Of a stretch of DNA of 64,000 bases, positions 50,525 to 64,000 are shown piece by piece. A program made the position numbers and the translations under genes. The stretch is from positions 806,001 to 870,000 of the forward strand of contig NW_026262700.1 in NCBI RefSeq assembly GCF_021869535.1, written 5' to 3'. Source of the stretch: Mytilus californianus (taxonomy: Eukaryota). The notes under the pieces are model-generated. The model was not told where the DNA came from. It made no database searches and saw only the letters and a program-made list of their open reading frames with translations. Within the stretch, counting starts at the first letter, position 1. Every line of letters starts with the position of its first letter.

Positions 50525-50699
50525 GTTCATAGTGTACAAGATACCTAAGCTGGGAAGTCATACTCATCCTAATTTCAAAGCTGGGACGGGATTTTATTAC
50601 ATGGATAATGATTCTCCTGAACTGACACTTTCTGACAGAGGATTAGATGCTAAGAGTGATGCCTTGTTCCATACACTCGACCAAATCTACAGTAACAAG
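50525..50699 (+). CDS. DNASE2: DNase II coding exon 2
   Basis: ttgcaag|G FIVYKIPK...GFYYMD...DALFHTLDQIYSNK|gtaagt. Confidence 0.9.
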
Positions 50700-51173
50700 G
50701 TAAGTTCAATGCAATGTTGCGATGACAAACTGACAACGTCATAGCAGAAAGCGAAAAAGACAAAACAACAGTATACGAACAGTACATAAATATAAGAAAT
50801 TGTGGTATGAGTGCCAATGAAACAACTCTCCATCCAAGTCACAATTTGTAAAAGTAAACCATTATAGGTCAAAGTACCGTCTTCAACACGGAGCCTCGGC
50901 TCGCACCGAACAGCAAGCTATAAAGGGCCCCAAAATGACTAGTGTAAAATAATTCAAACAGGGAAACCAACGGTCTAATCTATATAAAGAAACGAGAAAC
51001 ACTTAAGAACCACATCAACAAACGACAACCACTGAAAAATCATGTCTTAATTCTTATAAAAAAAAATTGTCCATCATTGTGATGAGCAGTGAATTTAACT
51101 CAAATAGACTTCCTTATTGGAAGCTTGTTTTGCTGAGTGGTCATGACAGGTGCCACGCACTGAGCAAGATATA

Positions 51174-54100
51174 ACACTGTGCGGGACAAATTTGCCATTC
51201 AAGAATTGGCAAATCTGACTTTGTCGGTTTACAAGATATCAAAAATATTTTTTGCCCAAGTGATAGATAATCAAAAAAATTAAATCTCCCCATATGTCCC
51301 AACATGTCACCGTTGTCACTGTTGTCACCACAGCTTATTAAAAGTACATTTCCCATGGGAAATTTAAAAATTCCCATGGGAATATTCGAAGTTCCCATGG
51401 GAAAAGTTAAAGTTCCCATCGGAAAAAGTACTTTTCCCATGGGAATTTTAAAGTTCCCATCGGAACTACAATTTCCCATGGGAACATAAGTAGATAGTTT
51501 CTTCCCATGGGAATTTGTGTTCCCAAGGGAACTAATTTTTCTTCTCATGGGAACACATTTTTCCCTTGGGAACATTTATTCTTCCCATGGGAATTAAAAT
51601 TCTTCCCATGGGAAGATATATTTTTCCATGGGAACATTATTTCAGAATTTGTACAAGAGCTATGAAATATCGCAATGGACTGGCAGTTACTAGTAACCAT
51701 GACTGGAACAGTTTAACAAGCATTCCATTTGATAAAAAAAAAATGTAATTTCAATAAATTAAAAGTATTTCTATCATACTTTTACACTCAAAAGTCTTTT
51801 ATTACCGTTGAATGATTGATAGAAATTCTACCGTCCAGCGGCTGATTTTACAATTTGAATCTCTCACCTTTGTTTTCGATCAATAGCATCGTGCATTTCA
51901 TGTAATAGTGTTCGCTGAACTGTCAAGTATCGGAGCCATGCCTTTGTATTTCAGAATTTAATTTAAGAATAAAAATTATAAATCTGTTTTAATCTATATA
52001 CATGGGAAATCACGAGTCGTGTTTAAGATTGTTTTCTAATTATAATCCTATAATTTCATGAAATTGACTTCATAATTATTATTAATGTACTTATTCTTTT
52101 TCGTCGACGTAACTCGACATGCGTGGTTTTCGCCACTAGAAAGATGTGCACTTACTTTTTTAAAGTTTATTTCATTCATTTGGTCAAATTTCCTAATCAT
52201 GCTAATGCAATATTGTTACTCGTCTGCACAAAAATCTTTTATTTCAATTCATTTTTGGCAAACACATTTGAAAGTCTTGTTAGATTTGTCTTTTATGATC
52301 TCTCAGGTAAATATCAAAGAGAATCCAGAGTTTTGCATTTACAAGGACGGATGAGGATTTATTATATACTTTATGATATATTCACTTGTACTTTACCGGT
52401 AGGCTGTCTTCGTGTAATTTATGGTTTAAAGGAATACGAATACTTTATTTCTCATAAAATTTCAATTACTAGTTATCGAGAACATACATAAACATAACTA
52501 TAAGGTAAAAGTATTACATGCATGTGTAAACGATACAATTAAATTAACTTGGAGGACTAACTTTCACATTTATAACTTTTACATAGTTTTTCTAATATTA
52601 CAATATTTGATGAGTTAAATTGTTGATCAACTTTAAAGATATTAGGGTTTGACTAACAGTAGTTTCGTAAATATTTCCTTCTTTCTATAGTTTAAATGTT
52701 CTACAATTCATAATGTAATGGTACTGTCTCGTCACCAATGTTGTTTGTGTCACAGAGACGGCAGATTATGTTTTCTCTCTGTAAATCTTGCCACCTTCCA
52801 GACTCAATCGGCAAGTGGTGACTACCACATCTATATTTGCATAATATATAAATGAATTTAGTAAGGTAAAAATGAAAAGTATTTTTTCAAATCGTTTAAT
52901 TCTTTTTAAAAATACGATAACATTACGTTTTATGCGATTCTGCAATAAAAGCAAAGCATTCTTGTTGAAACTGGTCTTTGGGTTTTTGTTTAATAAATTT
53001 TGACACCCATTTATCACAAACTATAATATTAGACATAATCATACCGCAGATCATACCGTAATTATCAAAAATATTTTTCATAAATGATATCCACTTAGTT
53101 TCTATTCCGTTATTAGCATAATATAAAAACAGAAGTTTGTATAATTCAACACAAATTTTACTTTCTTTTCCATTAAGAAGTGTACTCTAGAAATGTATCA
53201 TTCGCAACTTTACATAGGACAGTAATGGGTATCTGTCAAGCTCTGCATACGGTATGAAATTTGGAGTAGACTGTTTTAACTGTAAGGAGCATTGTCGTCT
53301 TTTGCATCTAGATCAAAGACTAAATTGAATTATTTTTCCGATTGGATACAGGTGAAACAAATATTTGATTTTTTAATTGCTGATGATTTTTTGTACGAAT
53401 AGACTGAGACTACTATAACACATAGAGAACATTCGAAATAGTTTTAATTTGCACATTTTTTTAAATTTGTATTTTTTCCTCACTAGGTAGGTGAAATTAT
53501 GTATAAACTTTATTGTAAAATTGCGAAACTTGCATTACGGGCATATTCTATACTTCTAAGTTTGAATTAAGAGTCTAAACTTTTTTCAAATATTGAATAC
53601 GCAACCAAATCTCTGTAATCTTATCCATGTATTATTTATGTTTCTGTCAAAGGCGTTTGATTGGGTATTAGTTTAAAGTAGGCGAGGTTTTCGGTAACTT
53701 TCCTCCAATCAACTGGCCTATTCGACAAACCTGTGTGCGCTGATGCGTGTAAACTGGCTATTTTAACGGTACGTGTCTTACATCGGAATCTGTCGTGCGT
53801 GACCAATGTTTATTGTAGAATTTCTTGTCATGTGGTCAAATTATCTGACATACAAGTTTTAAAGGTTAAAACTTAAATTTGCTTTTTGAAAGATTATTTT
53901 CGGCAGTGCCCCCGATATACGGTCCTAAAGTGTTTAAGAAAAACAAGACTTTAAAAGAAGGATGCATATTAACAGATAATATAATCTGGGACTATTATAC
54001 TTAGTATTATAGTCCCAGATATAATACATGTATGATATGGCTCTGATATTAACTATAACGTGTTCTGGAAAAAAATTAAGTGTCCGAGAATTTGAATTAC

Positions 54101-57100
54101 CTAATAAGGGCATCTCGATCACTTTCGACAAAATATTATTGCATGAATGGTAAATCGCTGATTTTTAATTCTAGAAGTGGTTTGTGACTGTTATAATAGT
54201 GACATTTATACGCATTCTGGTTTAAGTTTACAATGAACACACTCAGAGAACACACTATACATTTTTCTTTGAAATATCAATCTTTTTTGGGCCGACTTGC
54301 CTTATCATACGTTTCATTATATTTGAATGCTTCAAAACTGCTTCAAAATACTATAAGCCTGTATTGTTGTTATGTTTTAGGGTCAATGACTCCCTCCCCC
54401 CCCCCCCCCCCTCCAAAAGTAAAATAATTGTATATTTAATTTCAATAATTGTTTTAAAACGTAATATCAATTAAGGTCAGCCAAACCCGAATTCAACAAC
54501 AAGGAGTGTCATTCACCGGGTTTATTTTCTTTTAGAGGTTTTGATCTTTTTATTGTATTCAATAAATAATAGTAAAATTTACTTTCCATATACATGTTTG
54601 ACTTCCTAAATAGCACTTGAAAATAAATTTTGAACAACGAATTTGTCACAATTTCGCTTTTGTCGTCTGCCCAACTTAGTTTGGTCTTGCAATATGCATG
54701 AGATACTTGTCACTGAACGTTGAACAAACAGTAACTATCCACCAATCCATCTGCAATTGCGATACCTCTGTTACATACCCGTCATTTTGTCACATGCTTG
54801 GTACTATTCTTTGAACAAATTTCGTGTTGTAAGCCGATTTTGTCCTACATTTAAATTGTTCTTGTCAAGTAATACATTCCTTGAACAGGTTAAAATGTTT
54901 AACTAAATCCTATAAAATCAATTTGGTGCATTGGTTCTTTGAAACACAATTTTGTTAATTTTAGCGTGTCAACCCCTCGTCTAGTAGTGATTTCGGTTTG
55001 TATAATCATACAACAAAAGTCTATATTTGTATACTAGTAGTAAGTTATTGTTTCATTTTATATGTTTACTATTGGTGACATCAAATAAAATGTTTTGCAG
55101 GTTGTACTAAGCCATACGAAATTTAAATATCATATTTAAATGCAAACTGAAGGATCTAAAATTTAAATGATTTAAGTAAAAACTATAATGAATACGGAGC
55201 AGGGGTATTGCACGAAGTCATCCAGACTAGCCGAATTATAAATCCTAGCCTCCGTACTTGTATGATCACTTGATCCAAAATCAAGCTTGTCTGATGGAGA
55301 AAAAAACAACGCTTTTGGTTAAGGACTACAGTTGAAAAGTAACATTTGCTACCAATCCATGCAAAATAGTAAGATGTATGTTCCTGGGCGTATAATGCAC
55401 AAAGAAAGGGTTGTTATGTACTTTTGAACTTAGTAAGGTAGTATGGTTACCATACGCCTTCCTGCTACAGATACGATCGACGTGCACTACAGCAGAATTA
55501 CGGTTTCAGTTGTTAAAGTACACAAACAAATTAATTGGGCTAATTTGAAATCTCCTGCATAGTTTATTTCATTGGCAATCATATTCAAGAAAAGTTGTAA
55601 ATCTTGAATATTCTGTTATATCTTTATGAAGCTTGATTGAGACGTAGATTCACTCAGATACCGATCATTGTTATCTTTTCTTCATTTACACAAATGAATG
55701 TCCGGGATTCGGAATATGGCAGTTATACATATATTCTCAGTTTACATTTAGTTTGAAGCATTATCGAACTAATACGACTTTCATCTTTAAAATTTACTTT
55801 GCATTAAATATCTAAATGAGATTACATAGGAATAACTTGTGGTGTATTCATGTATATGTAATAAAAAAAAAAGAAAAGAAACCAACAGCAATATTTGACG
55901 AAGACGAAATTAATGATGGAATTTTAACGTCGAGTGACATATATTACAATGCATGTCGAAACAGAACTTGAAATTGACAATAGGAATTAATAGAACAGTC
56001 GCTTTTCCAAAGAATTCACGCTTAGTTGGGATTTCACGTGCTATTTCACATGGTTCGCATTATAGTTATGCATGTACAAAGTAACTAACAATTGTAATGA
56101 TTTCTTTAACTGTTCTAAAACGTTCTAGTTGAAATAAAAATCTGTGATTTTTCTATATTCGTACTTTCGACGAAGCAAAGTAAGTTCTATATAGATCTGG
56201 ATATATATGCATAAAACAATATCCAATCGTAGTATAAATTTATTGTAGAACATGTAGAAAAATCCGTCCGTTCGGGTCAAATCTTAACTTAAGTACCATA
56301 TGCATATACGGACCCTGGATTTAAATCAGATCTGTTCTGGCGGTTTTTGTCTTTTTTTCAAAATACATATTTTTAATTGTGACTATCTTTAGTTCCGAAC
56401 CTTTCTATCTTTCTAAACCAACGATCGGCAAGTGCGTTCATTTTTGTGAATTAATATTTGAATGTTTTGAAATATCCATTATTATTGACAAGAAGTATAA
56501 ACTTACATTTTCAAATTTTACCGATGGAAAATATCTCAATAAATTGTTAATTCCTCAAATCTTTGGTTGGAATTAAATATCATTCATTGCACGAGAACTG
56601 TATTTCATAAACAACTGGTGGTAAAATTGACCACACGTATGAGTTTAGTAATATATAGTATATCAATGTACACATGATGTATATTATAACAGATGATTTT
56701 TTAAAATAAAGTTCCAAATTACCGTCCGCGCGTACACTGCTCAGCAGGCGGTGCGGTGCGTAAACCTGCATTACGTGTAATAAGAGTTTTTAAGCCCGAC
56801 AGGAAATCGCTTGAATACCTGGAAGTGTCACCTCACAGTACCTCTGGCAATAATTTCTTTAGCCATGCTGATGGTCAAGTTAAGGAATTAAATAAAGGTA
56901 TTATATAAATACTGTGACATAAAAAGATTTTATAAATGTATATTAGTCCCAGATAAAAAAAATATTGGAAACAATTTTACACGGAACACCGCTAGTTAAT
57001 TAGGGTTTCTAACTATATATGAGAGAATCCATAAAAGAAATTGCTCTCAATTAATTCCCCTATATTTACTTGAAAACTTGAAATATGCATTATAAAGAAA

Positions 57101-59900
57101 TAAACTTGATCGCATAAACTTAACCTTTATTATACTAATTATGGAATATGCATAGTTTTACATATGTCAGTCGTTAATCTACATATTTCGTTTAGGTGTC
57201 AGACCACCAATTACTCCTTCCAATTTAGAACGTATGTAAAAGTAGCCCTACTCTGACACAAAATAGTGCTTTTGATGTCATTGTTTACTTAAACTAACCA
57301 ACAAATTTGCAGAAATGAAACTTTTGGTGAAAGGGAAATATATTTAGACTGGGAATTATACTAACGGGATTGGAAACGTTACACCAATCAGTGTAATAAT
57401 ACTCACATCACTGTAGTTAGAACGAGACTTTACGTTAGTATATTAGTCCCAGATTTAGACCATTTTGAGCCAAAATTCACTTGTCTATGAGTTTGCATTA
57501 AAAATTCAGGATTATTGTGCTACATAGTATACATATTTCCAGAAAACCGGGAGTTATTAGTACCTGTGTTTTCAAGATCAGAATTTTCTTATAAGACTTT
57601 AAAAATGAGTTGAAAATTGGCATGTAGAAAGCACGGTGATACATGTACAATTCAGGATATACCTGGTTTCTTTGAAGTTATACTTAAGGTTAAATATTTA
57701 GAAAGCTGTGAAAATTGAAAAATTTGGTTGAACAGATTGGATTTTTAATTGGTGGTCTGACACCTCGAAATAGGCCGGAAATTGCTAGTAGACAGAAGAA
57801 AGTCAAGAAAGCTCATTGTGTTATATTCTTTACATAAAGAGACTGCCCTTGATTATCTCTGAGATTAAATGCTCCCAATTATTGGTCAAATTCAAATTAT
57901 GATTTACGAATTAGTAACAACTATGTAGTACCCCGCGTCATAGACTAGATATAATTAAAACATCTTTTTTTCCCATCTACTTCTATTGAATGGAATTTTA
58001 AACCCCGACATATGGACTTTCTGAAATCTAAAAACACCCACCCTTCTTCTTTAGTTGTGGTGTAAGAAAACTTAATATCATTAATGGTTCAGAAGTATGC
58101 GAAGCTCCTCAAATGCAGATCTGTGTTAATATTAAACTAAATCCTGCATGCATGTAGCCATGCTGTTTAGGATTGTATTTACAATTTTTTCGAGTGCCCA
58201 TTTCACAATGAAGTAAGAGAAATATTGTTTTTGATTTTAAAAAGATATGTTATACCAATTGAGCTGTTCACTGTGACCTTTATACATTTCAGCGAAGTAA
58301 AGCAACTTTTGAATCTGTGCAATCTTATATCAGAATTACACAAAGATTCAGAACTTCGCATACAATTAAAATTCTGCCTTCCTACTTTTCACGCCAGTTC
58401 ATATTACAAAAAATATCATATTGCGTTTTCGTTTTTGTTTATAGTTTGTATTACATCTATTTCTATTTTGTTTTTCGTTATTATCTTATGTATTTTGTGT
58501 TCAATCCCATATGCTACTTTTGAAAATAAAATGTGTTTAAACAAAAACAAAACAAAAACGAAGATAAGTCACACAAAAAAAACCTCAAAATAACAAACTT
58601 GTACATTTGATACATGTACATGTATATGTCACAGAAATCACTAATCCATGTCAATGTTAAGTTTTTAAAACAATACAACGGAGACTAATAATATGACTTC
58701 AATTTACTTTGTTTCTGTTCTTGTAATTCATCTACATAAACTGCCTATACAAAATATAATACGAAAGGAATCAAAATATTGAAATAAAGACGTCCGTAGA
58801 AATACCACAAATGACCACCTCAATAATACGCACTAGAGACTTGATGTGATGATACAGTTGCCACAAAGGACATGAAATATAAAAGTAGGCTATGTTATTT
58901 TAAATTAAAAAAATAAAAAAATAATTCCAAATTATATAATCACATCTTAAGTAATTACCATGTAAATGTTTTAACGACATGTGCCACACTCTATTGATCG
59001 TCATCTGTGTGTAATCGATCGAAATTCATGTTCATTCAACCAGAACCCGTTAATTACGCACGTGTATACAGATTGTAAATGAATATTATCTCAGCATGTT
59101 ATCATGGTTATAGTGTTTTTGTTTTATGGGCCTTGTATTTTGCAAAAAAAAAAATTTTAAATGGAGTTTTTCTAAGCACCGGAAAAAAGTTGTTAAACAT
59201 TTATTATCTATTTTCCAATAAGTTCAATAATAGAAATTTGTATTCACAACACACACGCACAACTTATTTAAAAACTTACTTGCCATTACTTCATATTTAA
59301 CTGGATAATCAGAGTTTTTATGGAAGTTGCATGTTGAGAGCAGCTTTAGATTTGAAACCATATTGACATTTTGTAGAAAACCTGCATACTGCAATAATTT
59401 AACATAAATCCTGCATTTTCAACAAATTTTTATTTTTCTAGGAGAAACACAATCAAACGGAAAACATGTTCCATACATAAAATATCTGTTTCAATGAAAA
59501 GAAAAATTGTTCCCATAGGTAGACAAATTTTTCCATGGGAAGAAAAATTGTTCCCGTGGAAAGAAAAATTGTTCCCATGGGAAGATAAACTATTCCCATC
59601 GGAAAAGTTAAATTCCCATGGGAACTCTCTGTATTCGTCTTTTCCCATGGGAACTGTAAAGTTCCGATGGGAACTTTAAAATTCCCATGGGAAAAGTACT
59701 TTCCCACGGGAATTTTTAAATATCCCATGGGAAATGTACTTTTAATCAGCTGTGGTGACAACAGTGACATGTTGGGACATATGGGGAAATTTAATTTTTT
59801 TGATTATCTATCACTTGGGCAAAAAATATTTTTGATATCTTGTAAACCGACAAAGTCAGATTTGCCAATTCTGGAATGGCAAATTTGTCCCGCACAGTGT
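51174..59900. mobile_element. 8.7-kb foldback-like element with long inverted termini, inside DNase II intron 2; no transposase ORF seen
   Basis: ACACTGTGCGGGACAAATTTGCC... at 51174 mirrors ...GGCAAATTTGTCCCGCACAGTGT at 59900; the arms match over more than 400 bp and are flanked by TATA on both sides. Confidence 0.9.
57194..57765. mobile_element. Segment of about 570 bp bounded by 20-bp inverted repeats (MITE-like), nested in the foldback element
   Basis: AGGTGTCAGACCACCAATTA (57194) and TAATTGGTGGTCTGACACCT (57746-57765) are exact reverse complements. Confidence 0.6.
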
Positions 59901-60028
59901 TATATACTTTCCTTTCGGTGCATTTATAATATTCTATTTTTTTTAATCTTTAATTGCACAAGCTTTAGTGGCTTGATAACCTAATAGTTTTGAAATTTCC
60001 TGCTCAACTTGAGTGATTTGTATTTCAG

Positions 60029-60107
60029 ACAGACGTTGGCTATTTTATGTATAGTGATCACACACCAGACAATAGAACTGGCGCTGACCCAAGAGGACAT
60101 TCTAAAG
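60029..60107 (+). CDS. DNASE2: DNase II coding exon 3 (first catalytic HxK motif)
   Basis: gtatttcag|TDVGYFMYSDHTPDNRTGADPRGHSK-G|gtaaaa. Confidence 0.93.
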
Positions 60108-60909
60108 GTAAAAAATGACAAATGTAGAGAGGCTTGTTTTCTTAAGCTGTGTCATTTTAAATGATTCTTTGTAGGAAATTGTATTTTGTATAATCATGAT
60201 AACGGCCATTTGACATGATATGCTCCAAAACCTTGTTTCATATGCATTTTATCAGAGACATATAATACAAATGTATAAGTTGTCTCTAATTTCATGCAAA
60301 ACTGGAAGTTGACGCCGATCTCGCAGCATTTCAAAAAGTTGAGATTGCTCCTGAAACAACGTTTTTTTTTACAGTTTACCTTGCAGACTTTTATGAAAAA
60401 CAATGTGTGAACATTTTATTCTTACTATTTGGAAGTTAGAAGTTATAAGTTGTAACTTTATAAAATGGAGAAGGGTAGGTAAGGCGCAAATAGGAATAAA
60501 TAAAATATGAAACAAACCGCTGCTCTGGGCTGTCTTCCCCCGCCGGAGGGTTGACCCTAGTGTAACCAGCTTTTAGATACCAACTAGATTCAAATGACAG
60601 TTTAGTTAGTTTAAACACATTGTATTGCGAAATACACAAAAAATTCGGACAATAAATGTTCCAAATTATTAATAAACAAACACACTAATACACATGCATC
60701 AGCGATAAGTATATAAAGAAATGATACATTCGTAGTAATTTCATGCAGTATTAATCATTTTTAATTCTAAACTTATATCAAGAATTTATATAGTTGCAGC
60801 TAGCACACCAAACCAAAAATACATCTGATAAAGGCTATTTTTGAAATACGCTTTACGCGCACTCAATTAAATTGATAAAAAAAATGTATAGCAATGTTTT
60901 GTTTTTCAG

Positions 60910-61071
60910 GAGTTTTGGGATTTGAACAATCAGGTGGATTTTGGATGGTACATAGCGCGCCTCAATTCCCGCCATTGAGGTCTGATGGCTACAAATGGCA
61001 AGATAAGGCCTCTAAAAATGGACAGACTTTCCTGTGTATATCTTTAGACTACGCCATCGTTAATCGTACAG
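60910..61071 (+). CDS. DNASE2: DNase II coding exon 4
   Basis: tttttcag|GVLGFEQSGGFWMVHSAPQFPP...KNGQTFLCISLDYAIVNRT-G|gtacga. Confidence 0.95.
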
Positions 61072-62239
61072 GTACGACACATATAAATGTAGAGTGTACT
61101 CAATAGAGATACATGTATGCAAGTATATATAAATTATAGGCCGTGCTTTTGTATATTGCTTCGCATAAATTAAAAAGCACATTTTGATTATCAGTTTTTC
61201 CGAATTCAAGTCATATAATATAATATATATAAACAATGTAATTATGATAACATTATCACAAGTCAAGTTGTTCTTATAAATATGGTTTTGGTTGTTCTGT
61301 GTATGTACTGTTGGGTCTTACGCTTATAAACATGAAAAAGGTTTTGAGCACATGGATTCCAAAATTTTTGTCAAAAGCTTGCCTTAAAAAGTAGGTGTTG
61401 TATGATTGCCAATGAGACAACTAAACATCAAACACCCAAGGTCGAGAGTGTAAATAAGTACAAGTCAACGCATGATGGTGATACCAAAAACGCATATCGT
61501 TCGCACTAGGTTTCATAAATCAAGGTCAGATATCGTAACAAGAATTGCAGTCTGGTAACCTCAGTATTTTTGTGGTAAGATTTCGTCTCAAGATGTGTGG
61601 TTAGATATCCTCACACGTATTGTTGTTATATATATCCTTACAATGATTGTTTCCAGATATCGTTTCATGTATTTTCTCCAGATTTATAATTTGTATCTCC
61701 AGATATCGTCACACGTATTTTCTTCGGATATAATCACACGTATTGTCGTGCGATGTATAGATCAAAAAGTTTCCTTCAGCCAACAGCCAGAATGCGAAAT
61801 GTTTTGTCTAGTAAACGCATCGAACGAGACAAAAAAGCTTTACATTGTGTCGCGTGGTTGATATTTAACAATATTCCTTTCGCAGAAAACTCGTAAATTA
61901 TAACTAACCATATCCTTACGCGGGAAAAACGAAAATCTATTTAACGTAACTTCCTAGTCTCCATTAAATACAGTGTGATGCTTGGATGTCCTAACGAAAG
62001 TAAACTTGATAAGTTACGCTCTCATTTTATGACGTCTATAAAGTCTCATCACACACGCTTATCACTTCACCTCATACGATAAGTTCTGATGAGGTCTGAA
62101 TGTCGTGATACGATAATTACGAAACGACTGAGCAGGATGATATAGGCATGTGGAAAGTCTTAATTAACGGTTTGTTCACTTATATCTTCATTCTTTTGTC
62201 TTATGATAATAACTGGAGTGTATTCCTTCGTCTTGTGTT

Positions 62240-63295
62240 TTAAAACTTCATTACTTTGTCTTGTGTTTATTTGTAAATTTGTGTTAAGATATCTATTTAT
62301 TTATAAATTTGTGTTAATATTTCTATATTCATTTGAATTGTCTTTAGATATCTTTATTCCTTTGAATTGTCTTTAGATATCTGTATTTCTTTGTATTTTT
62401 TAAAAATATCCTTATTTCGTTGATTTGTGTTCAGATATCTTTATTTCTTTGATTTGTGTTCAGATAAAATTGAGAATGGAAATGGGGAATATCTTTATTC
62501 CTTTTTATCCTGCAATTAGCCAACTATTGTACAAATAACAGGTACACAAATAATTTTTTGCTTTATTTGTACTTGTACAAATAAAGTCTCCTGTTACTCC
62601 TCTTCCATGTTGAGCAAGCGGTAATGTGGATATTTCTTTTTGCGTACCAGTTCATTTTGGGGTCCTCTTCGTGGTCCGCGTTTAAACTATGTCGATTTCT
62701 TTGAAAAAAATAGAGACAATGATTTAGATTTTAACAACTAAAGTTTCAAGTGTTGGGTGTATATTTCAGGATAAAAACAATATATGTACATTGTCGGAAA
62801 TATAAAATTTATTTGTACTCGCTGTGAAACAGGAGAAAAACTCGGCGAGCCTCGCTTTTCGTCCTGTTTCTAAAGCTCATACAAATAAATTTTATATTTT
62901 CCGACAATGTACATATATTGTATTTGTATTGTGTTAAGATATCTTTATTCCTTTGTGTTGGGCTAATATATCTTTATTTCTTTGTATCGTGCTAATGTAT
63001 CTTGAGTTTTGTGTTGTGGTAATATATCTTCATTCCTTTGTATTGTGCTAAGAAATATTTATTCCTTTGTATTTTGCCAAGATATCTTCATTCCTTTTGT
63101 GTCGTACTCCTTCGTATTGTGTGTATATATCTTTATGCTTTTGCATTGTGCTAATACTAGTATATGGTTATTCCTTTGAATTTTGTTTAACATCTTTATT
63201 CCTTTGTATCGTGCTGAGACATCTTTATTCCTATGTATTGTGCTAAGATATCTTTATTCTTTGTACTGTGCTCAGGTATATTTATTCTTCATTCA
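62240..63295. repeat. Degenerate minisatellite (unit about 32 bp), interrupted at about 62490-62920
   Basis: Recurring ATATCTTTATTCCTTTGTATTGTGCTAAG. Confidence 0.8.
62781..62917. repeat. Palindromic hairpin element of about 137 bp
   Basis: TATATGTACATTGTCGGAAATATAAAATTTATTTGTA ... TACAAATAAATTTTATATTTTCCGACAATGTACATATA around a CTCGGCGAGCCTCGC core. Confidence 0.8.
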
Positions 63296-63493
63296 CATGT
63301 TTTGTCTATAGATATATTTATATGCTCATTGCTGCATGGTAATGCATTGACAATTGTCTCTTGATGGGTTGTTGACTTATTGGTACATACCCATTACTCA
63401 TCATTTAGCTTTATGTATGTATATTCAAATGAATTGTGCTTAGATATAGACTTCATTAACGATTATTGTTTTCAGACGTCTTTATTCAAATAT

Positions 63494-63725
63494 ATGAGGG
63501 TCTGGATGGGGTTTACAGAATAGAGAATAATGCGCCAATACTGTAGAAAAGAGAGCCAACAAATAAAGAATAGAAAAAAATAGGCAAACAAGTAAAGAAT
63601 AGAGCATAACGGAGTGCTGATATATCAAGAATAGAGAATAATAAACAAAATTTATAAAGAATAGAGAAAAATGGTTTAAAATTTTAAAGAATACAGTATT
63701 GAAGGAAACCTTATCCACATCCTCA
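63494..63725. mobile_element. MITE of the GAGGGTCTGGAT family
   Basis: Left end ATGAGGGTCTGGATGGGG as at 1313; degenerate right end ATCCACATCCTC. Confidence 0.6.
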
Positions 63726-63795
63726 CATATGCTTTCTCACAGATACATTTTTTAAAACATTTTTTATATTAGTCCTAATAATATTCTATTCACAG

Positions 63796-64000
63796 GAACG
63801 GTATTTAGATACATTTTCCCTTATATATACGATGTTGCCTTTCCTGCAATGTTCAACAAAGATTATCCGATGTTAAGACGTTTTAGTGTAGACAAAGGTA
63901 CAAGGCAGCTTCATGTACAAAAGCCGCCATGGTGTGACGTCAATGAATTGCCAACAAAAGATGGTGTGGGTTTCTTTAGTTTTTCTAAGTATGGAAAGTT
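63796..64000 (+). CDS. DNASE2: DNase II coding exon 5 (cut by the window end)
   Basis: ctattcacag|GTVFRYIFPYIYDVAFP...KPPWCDVNELPTKDGVGFFSFSKYGK; phase matches exon 4. Confidence 0.92.

Noticed and set aside
51175-51181. CACTGTG/CACAGTG termini resembling the RAG RSS heptamer or Transib ends
   Set aside because: With CAC as the terminus there is no 5-bp target duplication or nonamer, and no RAG or Transib ORF is present.
51350-51635. CRISPR-like regularly spaced palindromes
   Set aside because: Spacers are only about 8-9 bp and AT-rich, no cas genes are present, the context is eukaryotic, and the array is mirrored as a transposon arm.
51141-51748. ORFs with repeated PMG or FPW peptides (also 59430-59984)
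   Set aside because: These are translations of the TTCCCATGGGAA arrays in the inverted arms, not proteins.
55190-55520. Relatively GC-rich segment inside the foldback element, checked as a transposase remnant
   Set aside because: The frames I translated contain stops and show no recognisable motif.
62086-62130. CTGATGAG...CGAAAC hammerhead-like core
   Set aside because: Stem II is poorly paired at its base and I found no complementary stem III or cleavage triplet.

Overview
AT-rich animal genomic DNA. The interspersed repeats look like those of bivalves, probably a Mytilus mussel (recognised from memory, not from a search). Protein genes: (1) a minus-strand cluster of five related loci, namely two 3-exon RING-HC/TRAF-like zinc-finger/coiled-coil genes (4428-6507, 45138-48116) and three large coiled-coil exons (9389-10697, 26211-28619, 41484-42884), all sharing an 18-residue helical repeat; (2) a plus-strand DNase II gene (five coding exons from 49896, running off the right end), head-to-head with the second RING gene. 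The most unusual signal is three paralogous plus-strand cassettes (about 12989-13261, 19547-19726, 23016-23307) with the layout of type-3 Pol III ncRNA genes. Each has a conserved motif at about -79, a TATA box at about -31, a closing stem of about 20-25 bp with compensatory changes, an unrelated hairpin-rich interior and a T-run right after the stem. Mobile DNA: a 7.9-kb TTAA-flanked Sola3-like element carrying a decayed spliced gene and a nested Penelope-like GIY-YIG fragment; an 8.7-kb foldback-like element in DNase II intron 2 whose inverted ends hold arrays of TTCCCATGGGAA palindromes; a retrozyme-like hammerhead monomer; several MITEs, SINE-like repeats and tandem repeats. All coordinates were read by hand and may be off by a few bases.
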